Source: an uncultured Bacteroidia bacterium
Lineage (GTDB): Bacteria; CAIWAD01; BS150m-G50
Reading direction: 5' to 3'
Assembly (NCBI GenBank): GCA_964501185.1
Contig: CAZCRT010000003.1
Location: forward strand, 24,752-88,751
DNA: 64,000 nt
In this document: one piece after another, positions 9,123 to 19,123 of the stretch
Layout of the letters: the number at the start of each line of letters is the position of its first letter
Position numbering within the stretch: position 1 is the stretch's first letter
Position numbers and translations under genes: made by a program
Notes under the pieces: model-generated
What the model was told of the DNA's origin: nothing
Database searches by the model: none
Seen by the model: only the letters and a program-made list of their open reading frames with translations

Positions 9123-9944
9123 TCAAACTTCACTCTTCTCCAGCCTGAAAGCAACCGAATAGGGGCGGGTACGGCTGTTGCGCAACAATTTGGTGTTAGT
9201 GGCCAGATGATATCGTTCCGGTGTGATATGGGGTTCCTCAAGATCAGTTACCGTGAAACCGGTTTGCCGGAAAACCTTGAAGTAGTGTGACAGAGGACGA
9301 TGAAACCAGATGAAGTCAGACCTGAAGTGCCCCCAGGGAGGATCAACCCGACGGCTGTTTTCAAAGTAGTTGAAGTTCCACTGGTAGCTGATTCCCACGC
9401 TGTCGGTTTCGATAACATCGGCACCAGCCTGTGGAAAGCAGGGGTGTGAAAATACCACTACTGCAGATCCGCCCGGTTTGAGAACACGATAAAACGCCTC
9501 CACTGTCCTCTCAAGGTCGGCAACATCCATCAGCACATAGTTCGCAACCAGCAGGTCAAATGAAGCGTCCGCCAGCCCCTGAAGCTGCGAGCAGGATTCA
9601 ACCAGGAAATCGATATCCTCACTCCGGTTGCGCGCTATGCTGATCATCCGTTCGGAGAGATCAACCCCGGTAACAGATGCTCCCTTTCGCTGCAGCTGCC
9701 TGGATAGATATCCTGTACCACAACCTGCATCAAGTACCTGCAGGCCTTTAACGTCCCCCGCCAGTTGCCAGAGCACCGGATCAGAGTTGAGGCGGCGGTT
9801 GTTATCACCTTCATTGCCGACCTGCAGATCCCAGTCAACAGCCACGCTGTTCCAGAAATCGCGTATTTCGTCCCTTTTTTCTCGATTCATTCGGATCCAC
9901 CCGGCTGGTTCACTACTCTGCCAGAGCAATATCTTTTCATCCAT
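9123..9944 (-). CDS. class I SAM-dependent methyltransferase
   Basis: VLDAGCGTGYLSRQLQRKGASVTGVDLSERMISIAR (motif I and post-I). Confidence 0.75.
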   Translation of the reverse strand: MDEKILLWQSSEPAGWIRMNREKRDEIRDFWNSVAVDWDLQVGNEGDNNRRLNSDPVLWQLAGDVKGLQVLDAGCGTGYLSRQLQRKGASVTGVDLSERMISIARNRSEDIDFLVESCSQLQGLADASFDLLVANYVLMDVADLERTVEAFYRVLKPGGSAVVVFSHPCFPQAGADVIETDSVGISYQWNFNYFENSRRVDPPWGHFRSDFIWFHRPLSHYFKVFRQTGFTVTDLEEPHITPERYHLATNTKLLRNSRTRPYSVAFRLEKSEV

Positions 9945-11177
9945 CTACTCAAAACAATAGTCAGAGGGAATAACAACGATGCCATTTTCGGTGACCTTAA
10001 ACAGTTTCGAGTCCTTATCCAGATCGCACCCGATCTCTGTTCCCGCCGGTATCTGAACCCGCTTATCAATGATGGCGCGTTTGATATGACAGTTTCGCCC
10101 CACCTCTACATCATCCATCAGAATCGAATCACTTATCTCCGCTCCGCTGTGGATGCGTACTCCAGGGGAAATAATCGAGCGCAGAACTTTTCCTCCGCTT
10201 ATGATAACACCACCGGAAATGAGGGAGTCATTTGCCTGCCCGGCTCTATCTGTATCATTAAATACGAATTTTGCCGGTGGGTGGTTTCCATGAAAAGTGT
10301 AAATCGGCCAATGTGGAGAGTAGAGATTAAACTGGGGGTCCACATTCACCAGATCAATCGCAGTATCGTAATAAGCGTCCAGAGTTCCAATATCCCTCCA
10401 GTAGCGGGTCTTGCCGCTTCCGTCCGTAAAAGGATAAGCGAATACCCGCTGCTTCTCAATCATCTGCGGAATAATATCGGTACCAAAATCGTGATGTGAG
10501 CTCTTCTTGGCATCACGGATCAGCTGACGCACCAGCTCTCTGGTGGAAAATATATATACCCCCATGCTGCAGAGAGACAGATCATCCCTGCCGGGAATTG
10601 TATCCGGGTTGTCAGGCTTCTCGTTGAATTGTATCACACGTTGCTGTTCGTCTACACTCATAACTCCGAATCGGGAAGCTTCTTCGCGGGGCAGGGGCAG
10701 GCAGGCTACTGTAAGGTCCGCCTTCTGCTCCAGGTGATATTCCAGCATCCTGCCATAGTCCATCTTATAGATATGATCTCCGGACAGAATCAGCACATGT
10801 TCCGGATCCTCATCCTTGATGACAAACAGGTTCTGGTAGATCGCGTCAGCTGTCCCCTTGTACCACGTTTCTGTATGGAACTGAGGTGGCAGAGCAGTTA
10901 TGTGCTCCCCCAGACGTGAACTGAAGACGCTCCAACCCAGCTTCAGATGACGATCCAGGGAATGTGACTTGTATTGCACTACAAGATTGATTCGCCGCAA
11001 ACCGGAATTAAGACAGTTGGATAGGGTGAAATCTATGATACGGTACTTGCCACCAAAACTCACCGCAGGTTTTGACCGTTCACGTGTCAACGGGAATAGT
11101 CGTTGCCCGACTCCACCGGCCAGCACAAACACCGAAGTTTTCTTGAGTTTCTGAATTGACCTTTCAACGGAATGCAT
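9945..11177 (-). CDS. glgC: glucose-1-phosphate adenylyltransferase
   Basis: VFVLAGGVGQRLFPLTRERSKPAVSFGGKYRIIDFTLSNCLNSG is a GlgC signature; C-terminal LbH region. Start set at MHSVER (ATG ending at 11177), which overlaps the glgA stop by 1 nt. Confidence 0.9.
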   Translation of the reverse strand: MHSVERSIQKLKKTSVFVLAGGVGQRLFPLTRERSKPAVSFGGKYRIIDFTLSNCLNSGLRRINLVVQYKSHSLDRHLKLGWSVFSSRLGEHITALPPQFHTETWYKGTADAIYQNLFVIKDEDPEHVLILSGDHIYKMDYGRMLEYHLEQKADLTVACLPLPREEASRFGVMSVDEQQRVIQFNEKPDNPDTIPGRDDLSLCSMGVYIFSTRELVRQLIRDAKKSSHHDFGTDIIPQMIEKQRVFAYPFTDGSGKTRYWRDIGTLDAYYDTAIDLVNVDPQFNLYSPHWPIYTFHGNHPPAKFVFNDTDRAGQANDSLISGGVIISGGKVLRSIISPGVRIHSGAEISDSILMDDVEVGRNCHIKRAIIDKRVQIPAGTEIGCDLDKDSKLFKVTENGIVVIPSDYCFE

Positions 11178-12652
11178 TACAACCCCTTGATAATTTTGTG
11201 ATACAAATCCCTGTATATTACGGCAGAGCTTTTCCAGGAGTGATCCTCCTGCATACCGTTCTGCATCAACTGCCCCCACTTACTCTTCTGCCTGTACAGC
11301 CTGACCGCACGTTCGACTGCCTCCAGCATAGCTTCCGCCGTGAAGTTATCGAAGAGAAAACCTGTACCTGTAGAAGATTCCGGTTCCCATTCTGTGACGG
11401 TATCATGCAATCCTCCGGTATCGAATACAACCGGAATTGTGCCATAACGCAGACTGTAGAGTTGGTTCAGCCCACATGGCTCATAACGTGATGGCATCAG
11501 GAACATATCCGCACCCGCCTCTATCCGATGTGCCAGTCCATTATTAAATCCTGATACAAATGCCAGTTGCCCTGAATGCCTTTTTGCTGCTGCTGTCAGC
11601 GCTTTCTCATATTGACGCTCACCAGTACCCAGGATTACCAGCTGCAAACCTGTAGCCAGCATTCTCTCCAGCCCGGCCAGCAGGAGATCAAATCCCTTCT
11701 GGTAAACCAGGCGTGAGACAATACCAGCGACCGGTGCCTGCCCATATTTCAGCCCGACCTCAAGGCAGAGCGCTTTCTTGGCAGCTTCTTTACCGGCCGG
11801 GTCATCTGCAGAATAATGTGAGTCGATGTGATCATCTGTTGCCGGATTCCACTGCTCTTCATCGATTCCATTCAGGATACCTGTCAGCTTTCCGCTGTGC
11901 TCCTGCAGGACCCCTTCCAGACCAAATCCCTGCTCACCGGTTTTTATCTCTTCAGCATAACGGGGACTGACAGTGTTAACATGGTCTGCAAAGCATATGC
12001 CCGCTTTCAACACATTCATTTTTCCATGATACTCAAGTGGCGACATCGGCGACATCCATCCATCATCAAGGCCAACCATACGAGTGGAGGAAGCAGGATA
12101 AAGGCCCTGGTAGCCGAGGTTGTGGATGGTCAGCAGGGTTTTTGTATCATGATCCAGATCATATTGTCCCGGTCGCTCGCGCAGCAGCAGTGGAATCAGA
12201 GCTGTGTGATAGTCGTTAACATGCAGCAGCTGTGGCTTCAGATCCAACGCTGCCAGAGCGGCCAGCGACGCTTCCTGAAAGAAGAAAAATCGCTCGTTAT
12301 CGTCAGGCCAGGATTTGCCACTGTTTGGATCAGTATATATTCCGGTACGCTCGAAGAAGCGCTCCTGCTCTATAAAGAATAGCTCCAGGCCTTCCACATC
12401 TGAATCAGATCTGTATAGATCCGCGGTAACTCCATAGCGGTTGTTTCCGATTACCAGATTCTGGCAGCTGTTTACCGGCTTAAGGTTGTACTGCTCCCGG
12501 TTTATCTCACCGTAGAGTGGCATCAGCAGTGTGACCCTGACCCCCAGACGTGCCAACTCTGCCGGAAGCGCTCCGGCAACATCAGCCAGCCCCCCCGCTT
12601 TTGCATACGGAGCCATTTCTGCAGTAATAAATGCAATCCTGATTTCTGTCAC
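11177..12652 (-). CDS. glgA: glycogen synthase (ADP-glucose type)
   Basis: MTEIRIAFITAEMAPYAKAGGLADVAGALP... is the GT5 glycogen synthase N-terminus. Stop TAA overlaps the glgC ATG (TAATG). Confidence 0.9.
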   Translation of the reverse strand: MTEIRIAFITAEMAPYAKAGGLADVAGALPAELARLGVRVTLLMPLYGEINREQYNLKPVNSCQNLVIGNNRYGVTADLYRSDSDVEGLELFFIEQERFFERTGIYTDPNSGKSWPDDNERFFFFQEASLAALAALDLKPQLLHVNDYHTALIPLLLRERPGQYDLDHDTKTLLTIHNLGYQGLYPASSTRMVGLDDGWMSPMSPLEYHGKMNVLKAGICFADHVNTVSPRYAEEIKTGEQGFGLEGVLQEHSGKLTGILNGIDEEQWNPATDDHIDSHYSADDPAGKEAAKKALCLEVGLKYGQAPVAGIVSRLVYQKGFDLLLAGLERMLATGLQLVILGTGERQYEKALTAAAKRHSGQLAFVSGFNNGLAHRIEAGADMFLMPSRYEPCGLNQLYSLRYGTIPVVFDTGGLHDTVTEWEPESSTGTGFLFDNFTAEAMLEAVERAVRLYRQKSKWGQLMQNGMQEDHSWKSSAVIYRDLYHKIIKGL

Positions 12653-12685
12653 CTTTGATCCAGCCCGGCTGTCATCGTTATCTCG

Positions 12686-13726
12686 TTAATCATCGTAGCC
12701 TATCTGGATACCACGCAGGAAATTTGCAGCGTCTTCCGGGGCGGTTGTATTTATGTAGTATCCACTTCCCCACTCAAAACCGGCTACCCTTGTCAAACGG
12801 GGGAAGAGTTCCAGATGCCAGTGGTAATCATATTCCAGGGTGTCCCAGTAGCCTGCCCGGCGCGGCTCATGGTGAATATTGGGCACACTGTGCAGTACAA
12901 AGTTAAAGGGAGGGTTGTCCAGGCCTGTTCGCATCCGGCCGAGTGTTTCCTTGATGGTTACCGCGAGTGATTGTATCACGTTTTCTGGTGCGGTGGCAAA
13001 ATCGTGATGGTGCTGTTTCGGATAGATGGCCAGTTCAAAGGGAAAGCGTGACGCATAGGGGGCAAAGGTAACAAACTCATCTCCCAGGGATACTATCCGT
13101 GAACCATCCTGTAATTCCTGTTGAATGATGTCACAGAAGATACAGCGTTCCTTGAGTTGATGATGCTGTCGTGCCACTTCCAGTTCAATAGCGATCGTTC
13201 GGGGCGTGACCGGTGTCGCTACAATCTGCATGTGTGAATGTACCAGTGAAGCACCCGCGGACAGTCCGTGATTTTTGAATAGCAGTATATACTTAAAGCG
13301 GCCGTCCCGTGAGAGATCCAGGATTCGTTGTTGACACACTTTGAAAATATCAGTCAGATGTGCTATGCTCATATCAGCCATATGCTGATTATGGTCCGGT
13401 GACTCAATCAGAACTTCGTGCGCTCCCACTCCATTCATCTGATCATAAATGCCCACCCCCTGGCGATTGAGATCACCTTCAATTCGCAGAGCCGGGAATT
13501 TGTTTGGAACAACCCGCATACTCCAACCGGAACCGTTTGCTGCTGAGCCTGCGGGACGTGTGGCATACAACTCGTCGGGAGTAGCGTGTTCATTTCCTTC
13601 GCAGAAAGGACAGAATTCGTGCTCCGGAAACTCCTCCAGTTTCTTCATGTCCATCGGGCGCTGGCCCCGCTCCGTTGAGATTATCACCCAGAGTTTCTGC
13701 AGGGGGTCGTGTCGCAGTTCAGGCAT
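12686..13726 (-). CDS. galT: galactose-1-phosphate uridylyltransferase-like (HIT superfamily; possibly ADP-glucose phosphorylase in this context)
   Basis: CPFCEGNE zinc site, FKNHG...SLVHSHMQI (H-x-H-x-Q nucleotidyl-transfer motif). Sits within the glycogen module. Confidence 0.7.
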   Translation of the reverse strand: MPELRHDPLQKLWVIISTERGQRPMDMKKLEEFPEHEFCPFCEGNEHATPDELYATRPAGSAANGSGWSMRVVPNKFPALRIEGDLNRQGVGIYDQMNGVGAHEVLIESPDHNQHMADMSIAHLTDIFKVCQQRILDLSRDGRFKYILLFKNHGLSAGASLVHSHMQIVATPVTPRTIAIELEVARQHHQLKERCIFCDIIQQELQDGSRIVSLGDEFVTFAPYASRFPFELAIYPKQHHHDFATAPENVIQSLAVTIKETLGRMRTGLDNPPFNFVLHSVPNIHHEPRRAGYWDTLEYDYHWHLELFPRLTRVAGFEWGSGYYINTTAPEDAANFLRGIQIGYDD

Positions 13727-13896
13727 TACTACTCCATGTTATGTGCGATTCTCACAATTTCTTTTCTTTGAATACAATCTGCCGTGAATCGCATTATAGT
13801 ATTCCCCGGATATGACTATCTACATCAGGTGCTGGTTTACAAATATTCAAATCTTTTCCCGTTCTCCCGGCATTAGTACGGAGAACACTATTCTTG

Positions 13897-16020
13897 TTAC
13901 ACAAACCAGTTTTCACTTTTAACTCTTTTTGCATCCAGATCAACTTCGGCACTGCCAAAACTCGGCATCACTTCCAGCGTTTCGGTATCTCTGTTTATCC
14001 TAACTCTGAAAGACACAATGTCGCGAGGCACCTGTATTCTGTCCAGATTTACACTGGCCTCCAATACCACCTGCTGCCTGCATTCACCGATTTTCTCCGT
14101 CTTGAAAAAAGCGCCCTGTCGTTCCGGGTCCAGGAGTACTTCTTCTTCGAGATCATCAAATTCCAGAGCCACCTGCAGCTTATCTGGTAATGGTGTTTTC
14201 AGATCACTGTTGAAATCTACTCTCAGGTAAAAGTGCTCGCTGTCAACGCCGAAGCGAACAGCACTCACCAGCGCTTGATCGCGATGGATAGCTGAATAGC
14301 GTTGGACAATCTTGCCTGCTGCCAGCCACTCGAAATAATTTTTACTGCAACCGTCGATGTCAGGATGTATTACCTGAACCGGTGGTTCAACCGCTCGTGC
14401 AGAACGACGACGCAATACAGGTTCTTTCAGAAAAGCTGGAATTTCTTCACCTGCCAATCTGTATACCTGCTGCTGATTATGGCGAAACAACCGGTCAAAC
14501 TCCTCCGGATGATCGGTGTGATGATCTTCCCCATACCACCAGAACCAATCTGATCCCTCCGCCGCCAGCATGGCCTGTTGCATCTGAAGCAGCGTCTCAG
14601 GTTTGTGTTTACCGTTCCTGCGAGTCTGCTCATAGAAATGCCGGGTCCGTGACAGATAGCTCCAGCCCCGGTTTTTCTCCTCCTGCCCGATCCAGGTAGA
14701 AAGTGTGCCATAGATCCAGGAGCCCGCTCGCACCTGCTGCAATGGCAGTTGCGGTGTGCCGGCAGCCAGTACGTTTTCAAACGTGCTCATCTGAAAACGC
14801 TCATCTTTATCCAGAGCGTGATACAAACCGGTCAGAAAATCCCTGCCGTTGTTTTCGTAGTGTTCCCAGGCGTTTTCACCATCCAGAATAATCGGTACAA
14901 CAAACTGGGCTTTATCACCAGGCAGGCTGTCATAAACAACTCCCAACTGCCTCATAAACCGGTCAACTGCTTTTTTGTGTGATACAGTTGCCAATTCAAA
15001 ACCAATGAGATCGGAAAGCGCATGATCCCGGAAAAATAATGATACACGCCCCTTCCTGCCTGTAAACTGATGCGCCCGATAGAGCTGACGGGGCTCCAAC
15101 CTGTCCAGTCCAAGCGAGTTTCTTAACACCTCTTCATCACTGGCAAGCCAGGGGATTTCCGCAGTACAGGCCAATTCACAGGTATCCTGGCTGAGTGCCC
15201 CCTCCGATGGCCACATACCACATCCCTGTAGATTCAATTCTGAATGCAGGTACTCCTGTGCAAGTTGCACCTGCAGCGCAGCATCTTCGGGGTAGGAAAA
15301 TTTCTTCTCGGGAAATGGTGCGTTAGGAAGCTGCTCCCGTCCGCTCTCGGTGTTGATCAGCAGTGGCAGGATTGGATGGAAGTAAGGTGTGGTAGACAGC
15401 TCAATAACCCCGGCCGACTGCAGGCGCCGGTGAATATCCAGTACACGAGGTAAGAACTCCATCTGTATTTTGAGCAGCTCATCCTTGTCCTGCTCGCTGA
15501 AATCACCACCCCGGGAAATCAACCGCTTCACGAGTGGGTCTTCTTTTAAGGTTTCACCACACCAGGCCAGGTGAAAAAGAACTACTACATCCCTCAATTT
15601 CTGCTCATCGAAGTGACGGAGCATACGCTCCGGGCGCTCCGGCTCGGGATGAATGGAGCACAGCTTCTGTAATTGCCGGTAACGGGGGATGTGTGACACG
15701 AGTGATTCTGCATGTAGTCCGAGAAAATTACGCAACAGGAAAAGCTGCTCTGTTTGCGTCAGCTTTGCTGCAGGACGTCTGGAAATATCCAGCCAGAAAT
15801 CTGATGCACCGTCGACATAGGCCTGCAGCTGCTCCAGTAATGATGGTACCAGGTTAATCACCGCACGTGCACCCGGGATCTGTTCGATGTACGCAGCCAT
15901 GTCATAGTAATCCTTAAGTGCGTGCAATCTCACCCAGGGCATAGTTATCTCTTCTGAGATAGGATCGTAATAGTTAGGTTGATGCTGGTGCCAGAGAAAA
16001 ACTACAGGAAGTGGATTCAT
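13897..16020 (-). CDS. glycoside hydrolase family 57 alpha-glucan enzyme (branching enzyme / 4-alpha-glucanotransferase-like)
   Basis: N-terminus ...VVFLWHQHQPNYYDP...WVRLHALKDYYDMAA... is the GH57 signature. Start ambiguous: MYMNP at 16026 or MNP at 16020. Confidence 0.8.
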   Translation of the reverse strand: MNPLPVVFLWHQHQPNYYDPISEEITMPWVRLHALKDYYDMAAYIEQIPGARAVINLVPSLLEQLQAYVDGASDFWLDISRRPAAKLTQTEQLFLLRNFLGLHAESLVSHIPRYRQLQKLCSIHPEPERPERMLRHFDEQKLRDVVVLFHLAWCGETLKEDPLVKRLISRGGDFSEQDKDELLKIQMEFLPRVLDIHRRLQSAGVIELSTTPYFHPILPLLINTESGREQLPNAPFPEKKFSYPEDAALQVQLAQEYLHSELNLQGCGMWPSEGALSQDTCELACTAEIPWLASDEEVLRNSLGLDRLEPRQLYRAHQFTGRKGRVSLFFRDHALSDLIGFELATVSHKKAVDRFMRQLGVVYDSLPGDKAQFVVPIILDGENAWEHYENNGRDFLTGLYHALDKDERFQMSTFENVLAAGTPQLPLQQVRAGSWIYGTLSTWIGQEEKNRGWSYLSRTRHFYEQTRRNGKHKPETLLQMQQAMLAAEGSDWFWWYGEDHHTDHPEEFDRLFRHNQQQVYRLAGEEIPAFLKEPVLRRRSARAVEPPVQVIHPDIDGCSKNYFEWLAAGKIVQRYSAIHRDQALVSAVRFGVDSEHFYLRVDFNSDLKTPLPDKLQVALEFDDLEEEVLLDPERQGAFFKTEKIGECRQQVVLEASVNLDRIQVPRDIVSFRVRINRDTETLEVMPSFGSAEVDLDAKRVKSENWFV

Positions 16021-16098
16021 ATACATTCCATCCAGGGTCAATATTCCGGGGACTCATCTTAAGACGCGCCGACGCCCACCTGTCCCGGGATTGCTCGC

Positions 16099-16127
16099 TT
16101 GCGATAATCAGCTCTTGAATGTATTAT
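16099..16127 (+). promoter_or_regulatory. putative sigma70-type promoter for the surA-like gene
   Basis: TTGCGA-N17-TATTAT in the divergent intergenic region, ~90 nt upstream of the start codon. Confidence 0.3.
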
Positions 16128-16215
16128 GAGAACCGTCTAAAAACCAGACCTTTCCCGCAGGACACTTCCTGACTGCAAACCTCATCCTGCGTTTGGTCAC
16201 ATTGTGGAGATTTTT

Positions 16216-17505
16216 ATGCGTTGGACATTACTGGTAATATTGATGCTGGTCAGCTACCTGTCGCTACCTGCGGGTGAAACGATAGATCGTGTACTGGTTG
16301 TTGTTGACGAGGAGATTATCCTGGAGTCAGATGTTCTGGAGATGCTGCAGCAGTATGCCGCTTCACTCAATCTCGATCTGGTCAATGACGCCGGGCAACT
16401 GGAGTCATACCGCCTGGAGATTATCAACAGCCTGATTCAGGAAAAAGTGCTGCTGGCTCAGGCCCGTATCGATTCTGTCGTAGTTGATCCCGGCAGGATA
16501 GACCGGGAAGTCAATTCCATGTTGATGGAATACATCCGTAAAGCCGGCACGGAAAAAAATCTCGAGCAGATATTCAATCTCACAATCACGCAGATCCGCA
16601 GGAAATTACGTGAAAACACACGTAACCGCATGCTGACCAGCCGGGTCACGCAGAGTTATCTTGCTGAGATCACAGTCAACCGGATAGATGTTGAAAACTT
16701 CTATGCTGCTTACCGCGACTCACTGCCGGAAGTTCCCGCCATGCTGCATTGCGGGCAGATATTTCTGGCTATCGATGTTTCTGCTGAGGGACGGGAGAGA
16801 ACACGACAGCTTGCTTTTTCCATAAGTGACAGCCTGATCAGGGGACAGAAAGATTTTGCTACCACAGCGCAGAAGTATTCAGATGACAGCGGCACCAGAG
16901 GCCGGGCCGGTCTGGTGGGAGAAACATCCCGTGGCACAATGCTGAAGGAGTACGAATACGCTGCTTACAATCTGGCACCGGGTGAGATTTCCAGGCCGGT
17001 ACTGACAGATCTTGGTTATCACATTATCCGGTTAGAGGCGCGTGCAGGTGAGAAAATCACAACCAGCCACATCCTCTTTCGCCTCACACCCACAATGGCT
17101 GACGAGGAACTCTACAACGACCGTGCCGATTCACTTGTGATCGCATTACGGGAAGGTGCTGACCTTAAGGAAATCTCTCATCGCCTCTCCAGTAATCCGG
17201 TCATCAGGCAGAATAGTGGTGATCTGGGAGTATTGGAGCTTTCTCAGTTCACAGAACAGTTGCAGTCGGTACTGGCTAACATGCAGCCCGGTGCTGTCAG
17301 CGACCCCATCCGTATGATAGTCGATGGTGAGGATGGTTTTGCGATACTGCAACTCTGGGAGCGCATTCCACCACATATGATCAATCTGGAACAGGATTGG
17401 GATAAGCTTGAAGAGTTCGCGCTGCAATTCAAAAAGCAGCAGGAATTACAGAAATGGGTCGAGCAACTCAAGAACGAGATTTACATAGACATTCGTCCCC
17501 TGTAA
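16216..17505 (+). CDS. SurA-like periplasmic peptidyl-prolyl cis-trans isomerase (parvulin type)
   Basis: Signal peptide MRWTLLVILMLVSYLSLPAG, SurA-N-like region, parvulin domain (...DLGYHIIRLEARAG...). Start at 16216 with GGAG RBS; the longer ORF begins at 16204. Confidence 0.75.
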   Translation: MRWTLLVILMLVSYLSLPAGETIDRVLVVVDEEIILESDVLEMLQQYAASLNLDLVNDAGQLESYRLEIINSLIQEKVLLAQARIDSVVVDPGRIDREVNSMLMEYIRKAGTEKNLEQIFNLTITQIRRKLRENTRNRMLTSRVTQSYLAEITVNRIDVENFYAAYRDSLPEVPAMLHCGQIFLAIDVSAEGRERTRQLAFSISDSLIRGQKDFATTAQKYSDDSGTRGRAGLVGETSRGTMLKEYEYAAYNLAPGEISRPVLTDLGYHIIRLEARAGEKITTSHILFRLTPTMADEELYNDRADSLVIALREGADLKEISHRLSSNPVIRQNSGDLGVLELSQFTEQLQSVLANMQPGAVSDPIRMIVDGEDGFAILQLWERIPPHMINLEQDWDKLEEFALQFKKQQELQKWVEQLKNEIYIDIRPL

Positions 17506-17550
17506 TCACATTTCTGCTCCTGCAGCCTCCCTGTTTATAGAGGGGGGTTT

Positions 17551-19050
17551 ATGCTCATGTTTTTGAGTACATCTATGAAACAGTTGTATCACATCACACT
17601 GGTTTTTGCTTCTTTGCTGATGGCATTCTCCGGTGGCCTGGCCAGTGATATTCACCTCCTGCATTACAATGATTTCCACGCAAACAACACACCCCGATAC
17701 AGTGTGGATGAAGCCGGTAACGAAAACTATCACGGTGGTGCCGCCTGGTTGAAAGGAATGGTGGACAGCCTGCGCCTGATTTACGAGTATGATCTTCTCC
17801 TCCATGCCGGTGACGATTTCCAGGGCAGCCCCGTATCTGGAATAACATCAGGCGGCTCGCAGGTCACTGTTATGAATGCTATGGGGCTTGATCTTTTCTG
17901 CCCCGGGAATCACGAGTTCGACTATGGTGATCTCAATTTGAGAAGACAACTCGATGCAGCTGAATTTGAAGTCACCTGCTGTAATCTTGCTGACAGCACA
18001 GGTAACCTGGTCTGGCCGGGATACCTGGTGTTTGAACTTGCGGGATTGCGTCTGGGGTTCATCGGTGTGATTACCGCTGCGCTTCCGGAGTTGATTGTGA
18101 AAGAGAACCTGACTCATTCCCGTGTACTTGACCCGATTGAGGGAATACGGTTACAGATGCAACAACTCGAGGAGATTTCAGATCTGCAGTTCTTAATCAG
18201 CCACTCCGGCCTGTACGCTGATTCACTTTATGCTGCCAGCGTTCCCGGGATTGATGCAATTATAGGTGGGCACAGCCACTCAGTGCTGCCGGAGGGGGTA
18301 CAGATAGGCGAGACCCTGATAGTACAGGCGGGCTGTTGCGGAAACTGGTTAGGTGATCTGCATATTTATATTGACGACGCCACTGGTGTTATCAGTATGA
18401 GTAGCCATCTGCATGAAATTTCGAAGCAACATGTATCCCCTTCCTCATCAATGCTCAACACTGTAGAGCTACTGGATGAACTGCTGCCGCCGGAACTCAA
18501 CGAGGTAATAGGTCAGCTGGATCAGCCCTGGATACGAAGACACGGGGAATCCAATCTGGGTGACTGGACTGCCGATGTCATGTGCGATTTTGCTGCCACT
18601 GAACTCGCGTTCATGAACCTTGGTGGCCTCAGGCGTGATCTGCCGACGGGGGAGATTACCCGTCTCAATATCTGGGAGATTAATCCGTTCGGAAATCACT
18701 ATGTTACTTTCGAAATCAGTGGACTTGAATTGTTCCTCTTTCTGCAACGGGTAGCCAGGGGCGAGGTGAGTGAATCTTTTGCCTACAGCGGTGTGCGGTT
18801 CTCCATTCATAGAGAACTGAACACTGTCAGCAGCATTATGGTAAACAGTGAAAGTCTGGTGATGAACCGTATATACAGTGCGGTTACCAACAATTTTGTT
18901 TTCAGTCACCTGGAGGAGTTGTTCGGACTGAATCCAGAGGAAGTTAACGCCATTCACCTGAAACAGCTGGACCGTGAAGTAATAATCCAGGCAATTCTGG
19001 AGCAACAAACCGTTAAGGCTCATAATCATCAACGTATCACATTTTACTAA
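17551..19050 (+). CDS. bifunctional metallophosphatase / 5'-nucleotidase family protein (secreted)
   Basis: Signal peptide, then calcineurin-like motifs (HYNDFH, GDDF, GNHEFDYG), then a 5'-nucleotidase C-terminal-like region. Alternative start at M9 (17575). Confidence 0.8.
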   Translation: MLMFLSTSMKQLYHITLVFASLLMAFSGGLASDIHLLHYNDFHANNTPRYSVDEAGNENYHGGAAWLKGMVDSLRLIYEYDLLLHAGDDFQGSPVSGITSGGSQVTVMNAMGLDLFCPGNHEFDYGDLNLRRQLDAAEFEVTCCNLADSTGNLVWPGYLVFELAGLRLGFIGVITAALPELIVKENLTHSRVLDPIEGIRLQMQQLEEISDLQFLISHSGLYADSLYAASVPGIDAIIGGHSHSVLPEGVQIGETLIVQAGCCGNWLGDLHIYIDDATGVISMSSHLHEISKQHVSPSSSMLNTVELLDELLPPELNEVIGQLDQPWIRRHGESNLGDWTADVMCDFAATELAFMNLGGLRRDLPTGEITRLNIWEINPFGNHYVTFEISGLELFLFLQRVARGEVSESFAYSGVRFSIHRELNTVSSIMVNSESLVMNRIYSAVTNNFVFSHLEELFGLNPEEVNAIHLKQLDREVIIQAILEQQTVKAHNHQRITFY

Positions 19051-19123
19051 CCACTCCCGGCGCTTCTGCCTTCTGCTGCTGCTTCTACTGACAGTCACGG
19101 CGAGCAGTGCTGATCCAGGCGGG

